DNA from: Candidatus Latescibacterota bacterium
GTDB lineage: Bacteria > Latescibacterota > UBA2968
Assembly (NCBI GenBank): GCA_965222605.1
Contig: OZ244960.1
Coordinates: forward strand, 4,608,001-4,672,000
Direction of reading: 5' to 3'
Length of the DNA: 64,000 nucleotides
The notes under the pieces were generated by a model. It made no database searches and was not told where the DNA came from. It was given only the letters and a program-made list of their open reading frames with translations. The position numbers and the translations under genes were made by a program. Of this stretch, positions 9,426 through 19,478 are shown one piece after another (position 1 is the stretch's first letter; every line of letters begins with the position of its first letter).

Positions 9426-10628
9426 CTATGGCGCGAGCATCAGGGCGATGCCTTGTGGATTAACCAATCCAGAGATGACGAGGGCTTCGGGGCTGGAGCC
9501 ATCGAGGTTGGCACGCCAGATTGTACCATCATTGACGTTGGCCGTGCCGGCATCTGCCCAGTACATCTTTGGGGGGTCGCTTGTCAGGTCCAGAGCAATG
9601 TCGCGCGGGGTGGTGGCTGGGCCTGCGAGTGATTGTTCGGCGATTGTTCTGGTGTTGAGGATATCTTCTGGTTCAGTGCCATCGAGGTTGGCTCGCCGTA
9701 TTCTATCCCTGACGATGTCTGTCCAGTACATTTTTCCCGCGGCCACATCCAGGGCAATGCCTCTTGGAACCCGCAAGAAGTTGTCGTAAGTGAGGAGGGT
9801 TTCAACATTGGAGCCATCGAGGTTGGCACGCTGGATTTTATCGTCCTGTAGAGCGTTGGGGCCACCCGTGCCGGAGTCTGTCCAGTACATTTTGCCTCCG
9901 GCCACATCCAGGGCGATGCTCTGTGGATTAACCAATCCAGAGGTGACGAGGGCTTCGGGACTGGAGCCGTCGAGATTGGCGCGCCAGATTTTACCTTCTT
10001 CGATGTTGAGTGTGCCGGCATCTACCCAGTACATCTTTTGGGGATCGCTTACCAGGTCCAGAGCAACGTCGCGCGGGGTGGTGGCCGGGCCACCGAGTGA
10101 CTGCCCGGCGATTGTTCTGGTAATGATGACATCTTCTACGTTAGAACCATCCAAATCGGCACGCCGGATTCTATCTCTGGTGGCGTCCGTCCAGTATATT
10201 TTGCCCCCCGCCGCATCCATGCCCATTGGAAGTCGCAAAAAGTTTTGGAAGGTGAAGAGGGTTTCGACGTTGGAGCCGTCGAGGTTGGCGCGCTGGATTT
10301 TATCATCCTGCATGGGCGTGGGGTTACCCGTGCCGGAGTCTGTCCAGTATATCTTGCCCATAGCCTTAGGCGCTTCTTTGCCAAAGCTCCCGGCGAATAT
10401 CAGAAAATCTCCAAACCCGACTTCGCCGTCGCCATCCAGATCGAATCGGGCTTCATACCTCTCATCGCCCTGACGCGCCCCGAAATTGCCCACAAACTGC
10501 AAAAAGTCGGGAAAATCGACAACGCCGCTTCCATCAAAGTCTGGATTACCTGACTGTAACTCAACCCTGGCTTGAAGCGGTTGAGTCAAAAGACCGATGG
10601 ATAGGATTGCAAAAATTAATAGACGCAT
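9426..10628 (-). CDS. secreted LDL-receptor class B (YWTD) beta-propeller protein with N-terminal EF-hand/dockerin-like module
   Basis: Signal MRLLIFAILSIGLL; DFDGSGVVDFPDF and DLDGDGEVGFGDF Ca-loops; six YW(T/V/A)D...RA(N/D)LDG repeats. Confidence 0.9.
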   Translation of the reverse strand: MRLLIFAILSIGLLTQPLQARVELQSGNPDFDGSGVVDFPDFLQFVGNFGARQGDERYEARFDLDGDGEVGFGDFLIFAGSFGKEAPKAMGKIYWTDSGTGNPTPMQDDKIQRANLDGSNVETLFTFQNFLRLPMGMDAAGGKIYWTDATRDRIRRADLDGSNVEDVIITRTIAGQSLGGPATTPRDVALDLVSDPQKMYWVDAGTLNIEEGKIWRANLDGSSPEALVTSGLVNPQSIALDVAGGKMYWTDSGTGGPNALQDDKIQRANLDGSNVETLLTYDNFLRVPRGIALDVAAGKMYWTDIVRDRIRRANLDGTEPEDILNTRTIAEQSLAGPATTPRDIALDLTSDPPKMYWADAGTANVNDGTIWRANLDGSSPEALVISGLVNPQGIALMLAP

Positions 10629-10783
10629 GGTTCTCCTCCCTCTTGTTAGAGTTTTAGCGTTTTTATTAGCTCTCATAAGGCATGATAACATGACTGTCAG
10701 GGATTTGCCAACTAAAAATTGATGATGCCCGAACTTGAGAAGCTGTTTTAGAATCCTCAGGAGTCTGGCTGTACAGAATTTTT

Positions 10784-10811
10784 TTGACTTATGCGTTCTA
10801 CATGTTATCAT
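10784..10811 (+). promoter_or_regulatory. sigma70-type promoter for the SDR gene
   Basis: TTGACT-16 bp-TATCAT with TGn extension. Confidence 0.55.
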
Positions 10812-10850
10812 GCGTCAGATATAAACCACAACCTATCAGGAGATTTGACT

Positions 10851-11603
10851 ATGAGTAGCAAAGTTGCAATCGTCACTGGCGCGGGCAGCGGGATTGGGAA
10901 ACATACCACGCTTGCCTTTTTGGACGCGGGATATTCAGTTGCCCTGGCAGGACGACGCGAAGATCCCTTGAAAGCCACGGTGTGTGAAGCGGGTGTAGAT
11001 GATTCAAAAACGCTCGTTGTACCCACAGATGTTGGCGATCCTGCGTCTGTGGAAAATCTTTTTGCACAGACAAAAGAGAAATTTGGACGCCTGGATGTGC
11101 TTTTTAACAACGCGGGCGTGGGCGCACCTGGCATCAATCTCGAGGATTTGGCTTTTGAGCAATGGCAAACTGTGGTCAATACCAATTTAACGGGTGTCTT
11201 TCTGTGTATTCAAGAGGCATTTAAAATTATGAAAGACCAGACGCCCCGGGGCGGGAGGATCATCAATAATGGGTCGATATCGGCGCATGTTCCCCGTCCA
11301 AATTCTGCGCCTTATACGGCGACCAAACACGCGGTGTCTGGTCTGACCAAATCCGCTTCGCTCGATGGGCGCAAATACGATATCGCCTGCGGGCAAATTG
11401 ATATTGGCAATGCGGCGACCGATATGACCGAGCGCATGAAAAACGGTGTTCCGCAAGCCAATGGGACTACTCTGGTAGAACCCACGATGGACGTCAAAGG
11501 CGTCGCGCAAGCCGTGCTCCATATGGCGAGCCTTCCGTTAGATGCAAATGTTCAGTTTCTGACGATTATGGCGACCAAGATGCCTTATATTGGTCGCGGG
11601 TGA
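10851..11603 (+). CDS. short-chain dehydrogenase/reductase
   Basis: [17 protein letters not shown]; AGGAG RBS. Confidence 0.95.
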   Translation: MSSKVAIVTGAGSGIGKHTTLAFLDAGYSVALAGRREDPLKATVCEAGVDDSKTLVVPTDVGDPASVENLFAQTKEKFGRLDVLFNNAGVGAPGINLEDLAFEQWQTVVNTNLTGVFLCIQEAFKIMKDQTPRGGRIINNGSISAHVPRPNSAPYTATKHAVSGLTKSASLDGRKYDIACGQIDIGNAATDMTERMKNGVPQANGTTLVEPTMDVKGVAQAVLHMASLPLDANVQFLTIMATKMPYIGRG

Positions 11604-11625
11604 CAGAAGAATATATCCCTAAAAA

Positions 11626-11657
11626 CAAAAGACCGGACGTTTTGTCCGGTCTTTTTG
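11626..11657. terminator. bidirectional intrinsic terminator
   Basis: AAAAGACCGGAC gtttt GTCCGGTCTTTTT between convergent genes. Confidence 0.85.
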
Positions 11658-11678
11658 GTTTGTACTATGGGAGAGGGG

Positions 11679-14165
11679 TTACATCCCCAGCATGTATGAG
11701 ATTTTTACGAGAACGGCTCGGTTTCTTTCGTTCCATTCGCGCAGGATATCCCGGTTATCCAGATCGTGGTCGTAAGTCACATCAAAGCCCTGGTCGTAAA
11801 CAAAGTAAATATCGCTGCCGGGGCGGAAGCGGTAATTCAGCAATACGTTCACGCTGGCCTGTTCGCTGTCATTGTTCCACTGGGCGAATAGTTTGACATA
11901 AAAGTCCGTGGAAAATGAATAGATCAAGCGGTTGCTCAATACCTGAATATTGAAGTTGCCCTGTGGCAAGCGCAGCCAGTTGACTTCGTAATCCGTTTCA
12001 ATCGAAAGTTTGCCCGAAGGTCTGTAGCTGTTTTCGAGTGAAAGTTTATATCGCTTGCCGGTATAATAGTTGCCGATTTCAATATCGAACTCGGGGCGGA
12101 CTTTCCGCGAGCGACTTGGATAGGGACCGGTTCTGAATTTCGTAAAATTGTATGTGCCGTGTGGGATTATTATATCTGGTCGTTTTTTTGAAGGCTTGAA
12201 CGTGCGCTCGACCACGTCGTGCGTTCGCGTAAATTCGACGCGATACCAGTCCCCGGCATTGAATCGCGTATAAGTAGATACCTGCAAATCCCAGAATTTG
12301 ACTTTATTTATTGGGTCACCTGGATCTGTAATGAGCCGAAATCGCGGTCCCGTGGAAATATAGCGAGTGAGATGCGTTCTGGCGGGTATTCGCGCCCTGA
12401 ATCGTGCCTCGTATCGCCGAAGCCTCTCCAATCCAGCGCGGCGGTTGACAAATCCGGCTTTGGGTTGAAAATGCTCCCCTATATCGACATATTTTAGCGT
12501 GCTGGAATAAATACCCCCCGAATAGGTACCCTGTAAAAATCCCGCAGCCCCTGTTTGCGTGCCTTCAGCAGAATCCCAGGTTTGCGCGTAAAATCCCTGA
12601 AAATTGAGGGCATTGGATGGAGAAAAACTGAAATCAATTCCGGCAGCGCGGTTGTATTGATCCCAACCCGAGTCCGGAACAGGGGTTTGTTTGTTCACAA
12701 CAATCGCACCGATATTTGATCGCCCCAGCACATCGTGCTTCAGGCGCAACACCGAGAAATTGCTGCGCTGAACAACTGTATCATCCTGAAGCGTTTTGGA
12801 ATCTGTCAATACATTTAATGCACCAATACTCGTCTTGCCAGCTTTGCCCGCCAGTTTGCTGCCCAAAAGAATTGGTACAGGCTCCCCGGATTCCAGGCCG
12901 ATTCGGCGGCTGTAAAACAAGATCGTAGGTGGCCGGCTGTCTCCGCCGCGTCTCGTGGCGGCTTCGCCAAAGTCAAAGAGATTGGATCCTTCCAGGAAGA
13001 ATTCGCGCTTTTCGGGAAAGAATTGTGAGAATTGCGTCAGGTTCACTTGCTCTTGATCCCCTTCAACCTGGGCAAAATCTGTATTATAAGACAGGTCCAG
13101 CACCATATTGGGTGTGAGGCCATATCGCATATCCACACCCGCTTCAAAAGACTTTTGCACAGATGGATCGTCTGCCTGCAAATCCTTCAGGGCACCGGGC
13201 AACACATAGGGTTTGAACTGAAATACCCGCTTGGTCTTTAAGGACTTCAGCCCTCTGAGTTCTGCGAGATCTGTCGTGCGATAGCGCTGCGTTGGGGATG
13301 TCGATCTTTGCCCCACCATCAATGCTGTCGATTCGGTCTTGCGGGCAATAAATCGCGCCAGGTTAATACCCCATACTGCATCCTCTTTGTCCTTAAATCG
13401 CAATTGATCGAATGGAATCGCCACCTCAACCGACCATCCTTTGTCGTGCCGGTGTCCTTTGGCTTCCCAAATACAATCCCAATCTTCGTTATAGGTGCGG
13501 CCTTCCCGCGATAGGATCAAATCGCGTTTTGCACCCAGGGAGTTGACAAAAAAGAATGCCCCGGTTTGACGGTCGTTATAAGTGTCCAAAAGAATTTGCA
13601 CATTGTCATCGCCCCACAATTCGGAATCGCGTCGCATGTTATTTGCCACGATTTTTTGTGGTTCAGAATCAAAACATTCAAACCCGAAATAAATTTTTGC
13701 CCGGTCATAAATAATACGGGCTGTTGTGCGTTCGGTGCTCGGCACCCAGTATCCCGGATCGCGCTGTACAAATCCCTCAATGGGTTTTGCATTCTGCCAC
13801 GCAGCATCGTCCAAACGCCCGTCCATTTTGGGACCTTTATCCACGCGGACGGCGTAAACAGCGCGCGAGGCATCGTCAGAAGCGCGTGTGGTGACAATGC
13901 GAATGCGATCCGATACCTTTACGGGCGAGCCGTTTTCTTCGACTACGCGAGCTACGAGCACGTCGTCGTCGAGTTTTTTGATGACCTGAAGCGTCGATCC
14001 ATTATCCACCTGCAATTGACTGCCCAGAGTCGCGGCTCCATTGAGTCCAGATACATAAGCGAGATCGCCCGTGATTTCTTTCACAACGCCGGCTGTATCT
14101 TCACCCTCAGCTGGCTGCGCGCAAATCGCTATACAGATAAGCCCAAGCAAGCACGCTCTGATCAT
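11679..14165 (-). CDS. DUF5916 protein with CBM9-like sugar-binding domain (outer membrane)
   Basis: Signal peptide; PKMDGRLDDAAW, GWSVEVAIPFDQLRF, NTDFAQVEGD, FFPEKREFFLEG, LFYSRRIG; ends VKISY. Confidence 0.88.
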   Translation of the reverse strand: MIRACLLGLICIAICAQPAEGEDTAGVVKEITGDLAYVSGLNGAATLGSQLQVDNGSTLQVIKKLDDDVLVARVVEENGSPVKVSDRIRIVTTRASDDASRAVYAVRVDKGPKMDGRLDDAAWQNAKPIEGFVQRDPGYWVPSTERTTARIIYDRAKIYFGFECFDSEPQKIVANNMRRDSELWGDDNVQILLDTYNDRQTGAFFFVNSLGAKRDLILSREGRTYNEDWDCIWEAKGHRHDKGWSVEVAIPFDQLRFKDKEDAVWGINLARFIARKTESTALMVGQRSTSPTQRYRTTDLAELRGLKSLKTKRVFQFKPYVLPGALKDLQADDPSVQKSFEAGVDMRYGLTPNMVLDLSYNTDFAQVEGDQEQVNLTQFSQFFPEKREFFLEGSNLFDFGEAATRRGGDSRPPTILFYSRRIGLESGEPVPILLGSKLAGKAGKTSIGALNVLTDSKTLQDDTVVQRSNFSVLRLKHDVLGRSNIGAIVVNKQTPVPDSGWDQYNRAAGIDFSFSPSNALNFQGFYAQTWDSAEGTQTGAAGFLQGTYSGGIYSSTLKYVDIGEHFQPKAGFVNRRAGLERLRRYEARFRARIPARTHLTRYISTGPRFRLITDPGDPINKVKFWDLQVSTYTRFNAGDWYRVEFTRTHDVVERTFKPSKKRPDIIIPHGTYNFTKFRTGPYPSRSRKVRPEFDIEIGNYYTGKRYKLSLENSYRPSGKLSIETDYEVNWLRLPQGNFNIQVLSNRLIYSFSTDFYVKLFAQWNNDSEQASVNVLLNYRFRPGSDIYFVYDQGFDVTYDHDLDNRDILREWNERNRAVLVKISYMLGM

Positions 14166-14246
14166 ATTTTTGCTCCTGAGGAAGTTGTTGGAAGTTATTA
14201 CCCGATGCTTCGCTACGGGAATAAAAATAAAAGAAACGTATGGTAT

Positions 14247-14275
14247 GTAGGGGCGGTGCCCCTGTGCCCGCCCGT
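14247..14275 (+). repeat. GTAG-type REP hairpin
   Basis: GTAG GGGCGG tgcccctgtgc CCGCCC gt; nearly identical to 63344-63372. Confidence 0.85.
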
Positions 14276-14293
14276 GCTGAAGCATCTGACCAC

Positions 14294-14309
14294 AAGTAAG
14301 AACTTACTT
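14294..14309. promoter_or_regulatory. perfect 7-2-7 palindrome, candidate operator upstream of the DUF5916 gene
   Basis: AAGTAAG aa CTTACTT in AT-rich intergenic DNA. Confidence 0.4.
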
Positions 14310-14374
14310 ACTTATACCTAATGTAATAAAAAATAAAAATTCCGCATCTTTTTTTGTAGGAGAGCAGAGAGGAT

Positions 14375-15817
14375 TCAGTACATATTGTCTTTTGTCGTGA
14401 TTGGGCACCAGCGGGAATTGAATAGGGTGTGGAACAAAATATCTCGCGCAGCAGGTGTGCCGATCTGCTGCAATACATAAGCAGCGTAAAAGCGGTTGTA
14501 GCGATTTTCGTCTTCGAGCATTGGTGCCAATGCTTCAATCGCAATATCGCTCAATTCCCCGCATTTCGCCAGGGTGAGGGCTGCATTGCGGCGCACGCGA
14601 TAGTCTTCATCGCCAAGTGCCTGTGTCAGATCAGAGATTAGTTCTGGAAAAAAATCACCGATTGCGCCCAAAGCCTCGATCGCATTGCGACGCACCCACC
14701 AGTGATGGTCATTTATCGCGGTTCTCAAAGCGGGTTGAGATGCTATTGCGCCCGCGCCTATCCGTCCCAATATATTGGCAGCAACCGCCCGCACCCACCA
14801 GTGATTGTCTGATAATGTTTCTGTCAGAGCTGCTACCGCGGGTTTTCCTGTGGACGCGAGGGATAGAGCTGCGCATCCGCTCGTGGGATTTGTTCCATGG
14901 GCATTGTCCGGTGTTTTGGCTTCTGTTTCCTCAATTGTTGCGAGTGTTTCTTCTCCCATGGCGGCGATGAGTTCAGGTACGGCTTTTTCGCCACACTCAG
15001 CGAGTTTATATGCCGCTTCCAACCGTTCACTTTCCGACCCGTCCTTCAGGACGCGAATCAAATTTTTCAGATTGTTCTCTGGCGTGTCGCATTCTTTCTG
15101 TGTATTTCCGCACATCCAGTCCCATACGTCTTTTGATATGGCCGGATGCCGATCTTCAATGCCCGGCGACCACGCGCGACTCTGGTGGTCCCAGGTGGGT
15201 TTTTGCGGTTCTTGGGTGCGTGCAAATTGAAATTTCAACATATACCGATTTTTATTGCTGATATTTTCGGTTGCGCGGTGCCAGGAATCGAAGTGAATAA
15301 GTGCTATAGTGCCCGCAGGTCCGCAAAATGCGTGCGCTTTTTCTTGTGTTTGTGTGGGATCTACATCGCTAATGGTTTTATATATTTGCATGCCGGGCAA
15401 TACGCCCGAAGGCCCCATGTCTTCAGTCGTATCCTGTGGATAATAAAAAGCGAGCACCCAGTAGAATCTTGGGTGCCGCAAATTGTGATCATATACATAA
15501 CAGTCTTTATGCCATCGCTGTCCGTTTCGTCCCGGGGGATTCAGGTGACAGTGTCGATGAGGGTTCAAAATGTATCCCGGTCCCAGTAAGCTGGTGAGTG
15601 CCCCTTTTACGTTGGGGTGTTCAAAGACCTGTCCGATTTGCGGTATCCGGGGCAAGATGTTGTTGCCGGGATTGCCCTCTTGTTGAAAGACTGTCTCTAT
15701 CTGGTCGTAGATATTCGCGTGGAATGAGGATGGATAATCCGCGTGAACTGTCATGCATCCATCTACGATAAATCGCTGTACCTCTTCATCGCTCAACAAC
15801 CGCATTGAATCAGCCAT
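14375..15817 (-). CDS. PhyH-family Fe(II)/2OG dioxygenase fused to HEAT/PBS-lyase repeats
   Basis: WHKD...WHRA facial triad, then repeats (WWVRAVAANILG, WWVRRNAIEALG, YRVRRNAALTL); GAGGAGG RBS. Confidence 0.88.
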   Translation of the reverse strand: MADSMRLLSDEEVQRFIVDGCMTVHADYPSSFHANIYDQIETVFQQEGNPGNNILPRIPQIGQVFEHPNVKGALTSLLGPGYILNPHRHCHLNPPGRNGQRWHKDCYVYDHNLRHPRFYWVLAFYYPQDTTEDMGPSGVLPGMQIYKTISDVDPTQTQEKAHAFCGPAGTIALIHFDSWHRATENISNKNRYMLKFQFARTQEPQKPTWDHQSRAWSPGIEDRHPAISKDVWDWMCGNTQKECDTPENNLKNLIRVLKDGSESERLEAAYKLAECGEKAVPELIAAMGEETLATIEETEAKTPDNAHGTNPTSGCAALSLASTGKPAVAALTETLSDNHWWVRAVAANILGRIGAGAIASQPALRTAINDHHWWVRRNAIEALGAIGDFFPELISDLTQALGDEDYRVRRNAALTLAKCGELSDIAIEALAPMLEDENRYNRFYAAYVLQQIGTPAARDILFHTLFNSRWCPITTKDNMY

Positions 15818-15828
15818 GGTGGGCCTCC

Positions 15829-16689
15829 TCAACCAAAAATTTCCAAAAATTTTGCAACGCTCGCTCTGAACCCGTCTTCAAAAGTGCCGCCTTCGGGGCG
15901 ATAGACGCTTTCGTAAGAAATCGCGCCCGCATATCTATCGCGTTTGAGCGCGTTTGCAATGGGTTCCAGATATGGTCCCACATCGCCTTCACCCAGGGGA
16001 TAGAATCCAACAGTCGCGCGCGCAATATCGGCTTTTGCATCTTTGATGTGAATATGGCCGATATAATCGCGAATTTCATTGTAGGCATCGGGGAAGGGGA
16101 CGTCTGTACAATACATCGTATTGGGAATATCCCATAGTAGCTTGAGGTGAGAACTACCCAATTCGTCGATCAACTTTCGCGCCAGAAATCCCGATGTAAT
16201 CATGGCATTATTACCCGTTTCAACGACGAGTGTCACGCCTTCTTCTTCGGCAATTTGAACGGGTACAGCCATCAGTTTTACCAGTTTATCCCAGGCACCA
16301 GCCGTTACAATCCAATCCTCTGCGCCGTTGTACCCAAAAAGTATCATCTCTTTTTTACAACCCATAATTCTGACAATATTTGTCCCGAGGGTTTTGGCAA
16401 GGGCGATGCACCGCCGCAATCCCGATACATGATCTTCAAATGCGGCATCTCCCACCTCGGTCTGCAATACGGGCAAGCCGCCAAAAATGTGTCGCGAAAT
16501 GCACGAGACTTCCATGTCGTGCTGATCCAGTAGTGCCTTCATGCGCGCCACTTGCTCGGCGTCGTGGTCCCCTACTTCCCGATCCCATACAAACTGGAGT
16601 TCTGGATATCTCAGTCCGTATTCCGCCATGACATTCAAAGCGCGTTCAAAATCTCTGCTGATTCCATCTGTAATTACACCGAGTTTCAC
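15829..16689 (-). CDS. sugar phosphate isomerase/epimerase (TIM barrel)
   Basis: LVVETG, WDIPN, HIHIKD, PLGEGDV, ISYE. Confidence 0.88.
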   Translation of the reverse strand: MKLGVITDGISRDFERALNVMAEYGLRYPELQFVWDREVGDHDAEQVARMKALLDQHDMEVSCISRHIFGGLPVLQTEVGDAAFEDHVSGLRRCIALAKTLGTNIVRIMGCKKEMILFGYNGAEDWIVTAGAWDKLVKLMAVPVQIAEEEGVTLVVETGNNAMITSGFLARKLIDELGSSHLKLLWDIPNTMYCTDVPFPDAYNEIRDYIGHIHIKDAKADIARATVGFYPLGEGDVGPYLEPIANALKRDRYAGAISYESVYRPEGGTFEDGFRASVAKFLEIFG

Positions 16690-16707
16690 AAGTGATCTCC
16701 TTACGCC

Positions 16708-17592
16708 TCACCGCTTTTTCACTTCAATACCTAACATCTTTTCAAAAATTTTGATAATCGCCCAGTTCGCTTCTTCGGGGTTCACGCTGATACCGGCTTG
16801 AAACCACTCCGCAGCCGATGAGAGGGTGAACAGGGGTACACCGCATTCGCGTCCCAGTGTTTTAGCAATTCCGAGGTCTTTGTACATTGTGCCAATGCGG
16901 CTTTGGCCCGCAAAATTTCTTTCCATGATGTTTTGCGTTGTGTCCCGAAATAAAAAGCTGCCGACTACACTTGTGTTGATGACTTCGTAGAGGGTCTCGG
17001 GTTTTACGCCGGCTTTTACACCCAGTGCCAGGGTTTCGAAAATGCCCGCATAGGTTACGCCCGTCAAGACGGCCAGACACGCTTTCACGGTTTGTCCCGC
17101 TCCGATCTCTTCGCCAACGTGGTAGATATTTTCTCCGACTGCGTTGAGAACTTCTTTGGCTTCCTCAAAAACATCCTGTTGCGCTGCGACCATCATTGTC
17201 AGTGTGCCAGCCGCTGCGCCGGGTGCGCCACCGCTTACCGGGGCGTCTATGACGCGGATACCCTTTTCCTCCAGCGATTGCGAGACTTCGATTAACTCTG
17301 AACGCAAGATGGTTGCGGTGCAGATAAATGTCGATCCCGGTTTCATGCTGTCCAACAAGCCACCGTTTAAGATCGCCTTAATTTGGTCGCCGTTCATGAC
17401 CATGACGAATACAAAGTCTGATCGCGCGCCCACTTCGCCCAAATTTTTGGCCGCATAAGCTCCCCGATCGACAAATGGTTCCAATTGTTCGGGTCGCAAA
17501 TCATATACGACAAGCTCATGTCCGTTCTTCAAGATATTTTCAGCCATCCCACTGCCCATATCCCCGATACCGATCAACCCAACACGCGCCAT
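16708..17592 (-). CDS. 3-hydroxyisobutyrate/tartronate-semialdehyde/L-threonate dehydrogenase family protein
   Basis: VGLIGIGDMGSGMA, DAPVSGG, GAGQTVK, MYKDL. Confidence 0.9.
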   Translation of the reverse strand: MARVGLIGIGDMGSGMAENILKNGHELVVYDLRPEQLEPFVDRGAYAAKNLGEVGARSDFVFVMVMNGDQIKAILNGGLLDSMKPGSTFICTATILRSELIEVSQSLEEKGIRVIDAPVSGGAPGAAAGTLTMMVAAQQDVFEEAKEVLNAVGENIYHVGEEIGAGQTVKACLAVLTGVTYAGIFETLALGVKAGVKPETLYEVINTSVVGSFLFRDTTQNIMERNFAGQSRIGTMYKDLGIAKTLGRECGVPLFTLSSAAEWFQAGISVNPEEANWAIIKIFEKMLGIEVKKR

Positions 17593-18147
17593 GTTTTTTC
17601 CTTTCCCTTTTAAATTTAGCTTGCTAACAAAAAATAAGACACTAAACTTCGTTGGTCAAACTTACACTTCAGGAGATTTACAATGGACAATATACATCTG
17701 AGATGGTGGGGGTGTGGTGCTTTCGATATTCTCGCAGGCGATACCAATATCGCCATTGATCCGTATCTTTTCGGTGATAATCTAAAAAATGCCGAGCCCA
17801 TTTACGATTATATTTTTATCAGCCACGAACATTTTGACCACTGTCACCCTAAGACCCTGACGAAATTGTGTCAGGGAGATCGCTTCAAAAAACTCTTTGT
17901 CAATATCGGTTGTATGACTCCAAACGAACCTGTTGACGAAAATTATGGCGACGCGGCTTTTTCTCGGGATTTGCCCATCAGCAAGCATATACCCGAAGAA
18001 AAAATCCAGGTGCTCTATCCCAAATATCGCACCGATGACGCGCGCACTTTTCCCGGACCCTTTGCGTGCGACCTGGGCGCTGTGCACGTAGAAGCTGTTG
18101 AAAGTGGTGAAAATGCGCGGCCCGATTTACCCACCTGCGGTTACTTA

Positions 18148-19048
18148 ACCTTTGGTGCTAGTAGATAAGAAGTTGTAAGTCGCCAGAAGTTTACCTATGC
18201 TGAATGAGTTAGCACCTCATTCATTCACAGCAGGGAGGTAAACTTCATGACGACTGAAATGCTGATCATTGACCTGTTCTGTCGGGTAGATGATCAAACG
18301 CAAGACCTTGAGAAACATCCTCAAGCCAAGCTCTATCCCAGCGAAGTCATCACGTTGGCCTTGCTTTTTGCGATTAAAGGGGTGGGCAATCGCGCCTATT
18401 ATGATTGGCTGATAAACGATTGGCAGCACCTGTTTCCTAACTTACCTCATCGCACGCGCTTGTTTCGCCTCTTTTTAAGGCATCAACACGCCACAAGCCG
18501 ATTTTTAGCCGAAAAGAGCGTGTTGGGCATCATTGATAGCTATGGCATTGAGTTGATTCATCCGATCCGAGAAGGCAGAAGTCCTGCTCAGATCGGGAAG
18601 AAAGGCAAATCGAATTATCGCTGGATTGTCGGTGGCAAGCTCTGTCTGTTGATCAATCAATGGGGTCTCATCGTGGATTGGGACTGTCAGACAGCTAATG
18701 TTCACGATACCACCTTCCACCATCTCATCAAGCAGGTGCAATCAGACATGGTCGTCTTTGCCGATGTCGGCTTTCAAAAAGCGCAAGACAACCCAGAAAA
18801 CTTAAAAATCTGTCCGCGTGGCACTTGGAATGAGCGCATGGTGGTTGAAACCATCTTATCTATGATGACGCTCGTGTGGCATTTTAAGAAAGTCATGCAT
18901 CGGGTCTGGAGCTATTTTGCAATGCGATTGGCTTTTACCATGGCCGCCTTCAATATCTTGGTACAATGGCAGGGCTTTAAACCCGATGAAGATGGGTTCA
19001 TTAACCTTGCCATCGCACACTTCAGAATATAACACTAGCACCAAAGGT
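18148..19048 (+). mobile_element. IS982-family-like insertion sequence (901 bp)
   Basis: Perfect 15-bp TIRs ACCTTTGGTGCTAGT (18148-18162) / ACTAGCACCAAAGGT (19034-19048); 6-bp TSD TACTTA at 18142-18147 and 19049-19054. Confidence 0.92.
18247..19032 (+). CDS. DDE transposase (IS982-like)
   Basis: IIDSY, GGKLCL, ANVHD, FADVGF, RMVVET; fills the TIR-bounded element. Confidence 0.9.
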   Translation: MTTEMLIIDLFCRVDDQTQDLEKHPQAKLYPSEVITLALLFAIKGVGNRAYYDWLINDWQHLFPNLPHRTRLFRLFLRHQHATSRFLAEKSVLGIIDSYGIELIHPIREGRSPAQIGKKGKSNYRWIVGGKLCLLINQWGLIVDWDCQTANVHDTTFHHLIKQVQSDMVVFADVGFQKAQDNPENLKICPRGTWNERMVVETILSMMTLVWHFKKVMHRVWSYFAMRLAFTMAAFNILVQWQGFKPDEDGFINLAIAHFRI

Positions 19049-19478
19049 TACTTAATCACATATATCGAGAAAGATATCTCGTTCTACCATACCGGGGATC
19101 TTCACGCGACCTACCCCGCGCTGGGCAATCTGAAAGGCCGCGTGGATTATCTCATCCACATGAAAACTGGGCTGAAGAACTGGCCTGTTTTTGCACATCT
19201 GCTCGATCTGGTCCAGCCTCGTTTTTTGATCCCAACTCATTATCGAACAGATCGCAAAACCGATCCTATTCCAGAAGGACATTGGCCTCCCGATGTTACG
19301 GATGTGAATGCTTTTATCGAGAGCATCCGCGAACACGCCAGTGACCGAACCCAAATTTTGCCCTTTACTGCCGGCGTCCAGTACGAGATTGAATTGCCCG
19401 ATAAAAAAGTTGTGTGGGCGTGGGATTGGCACAATACATGGACTGTGCCCCCGTGGCGAGAGGGATAGGGCTCTGGTT

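Larger units (their letters stand above)
17683..19468 (+). pseudogene. MBL-fold metallo-hydrolase interrupted by an IS
   Basis: IDPY and SHEHFDH in 17683-18147; FYHTGD and LIPTHY in 19055-19468. Removing the IS plus one TSD restores TCGYLITYIEK in frame (292 aa). Confidence 0.93.

Noticed and set aside
18917-19048. N-terminus of ORF 18917..19468 as a real gene start
   Set aside because: It is IS sequence read in frame into the C-terminal half of the disrupted MBL gene.
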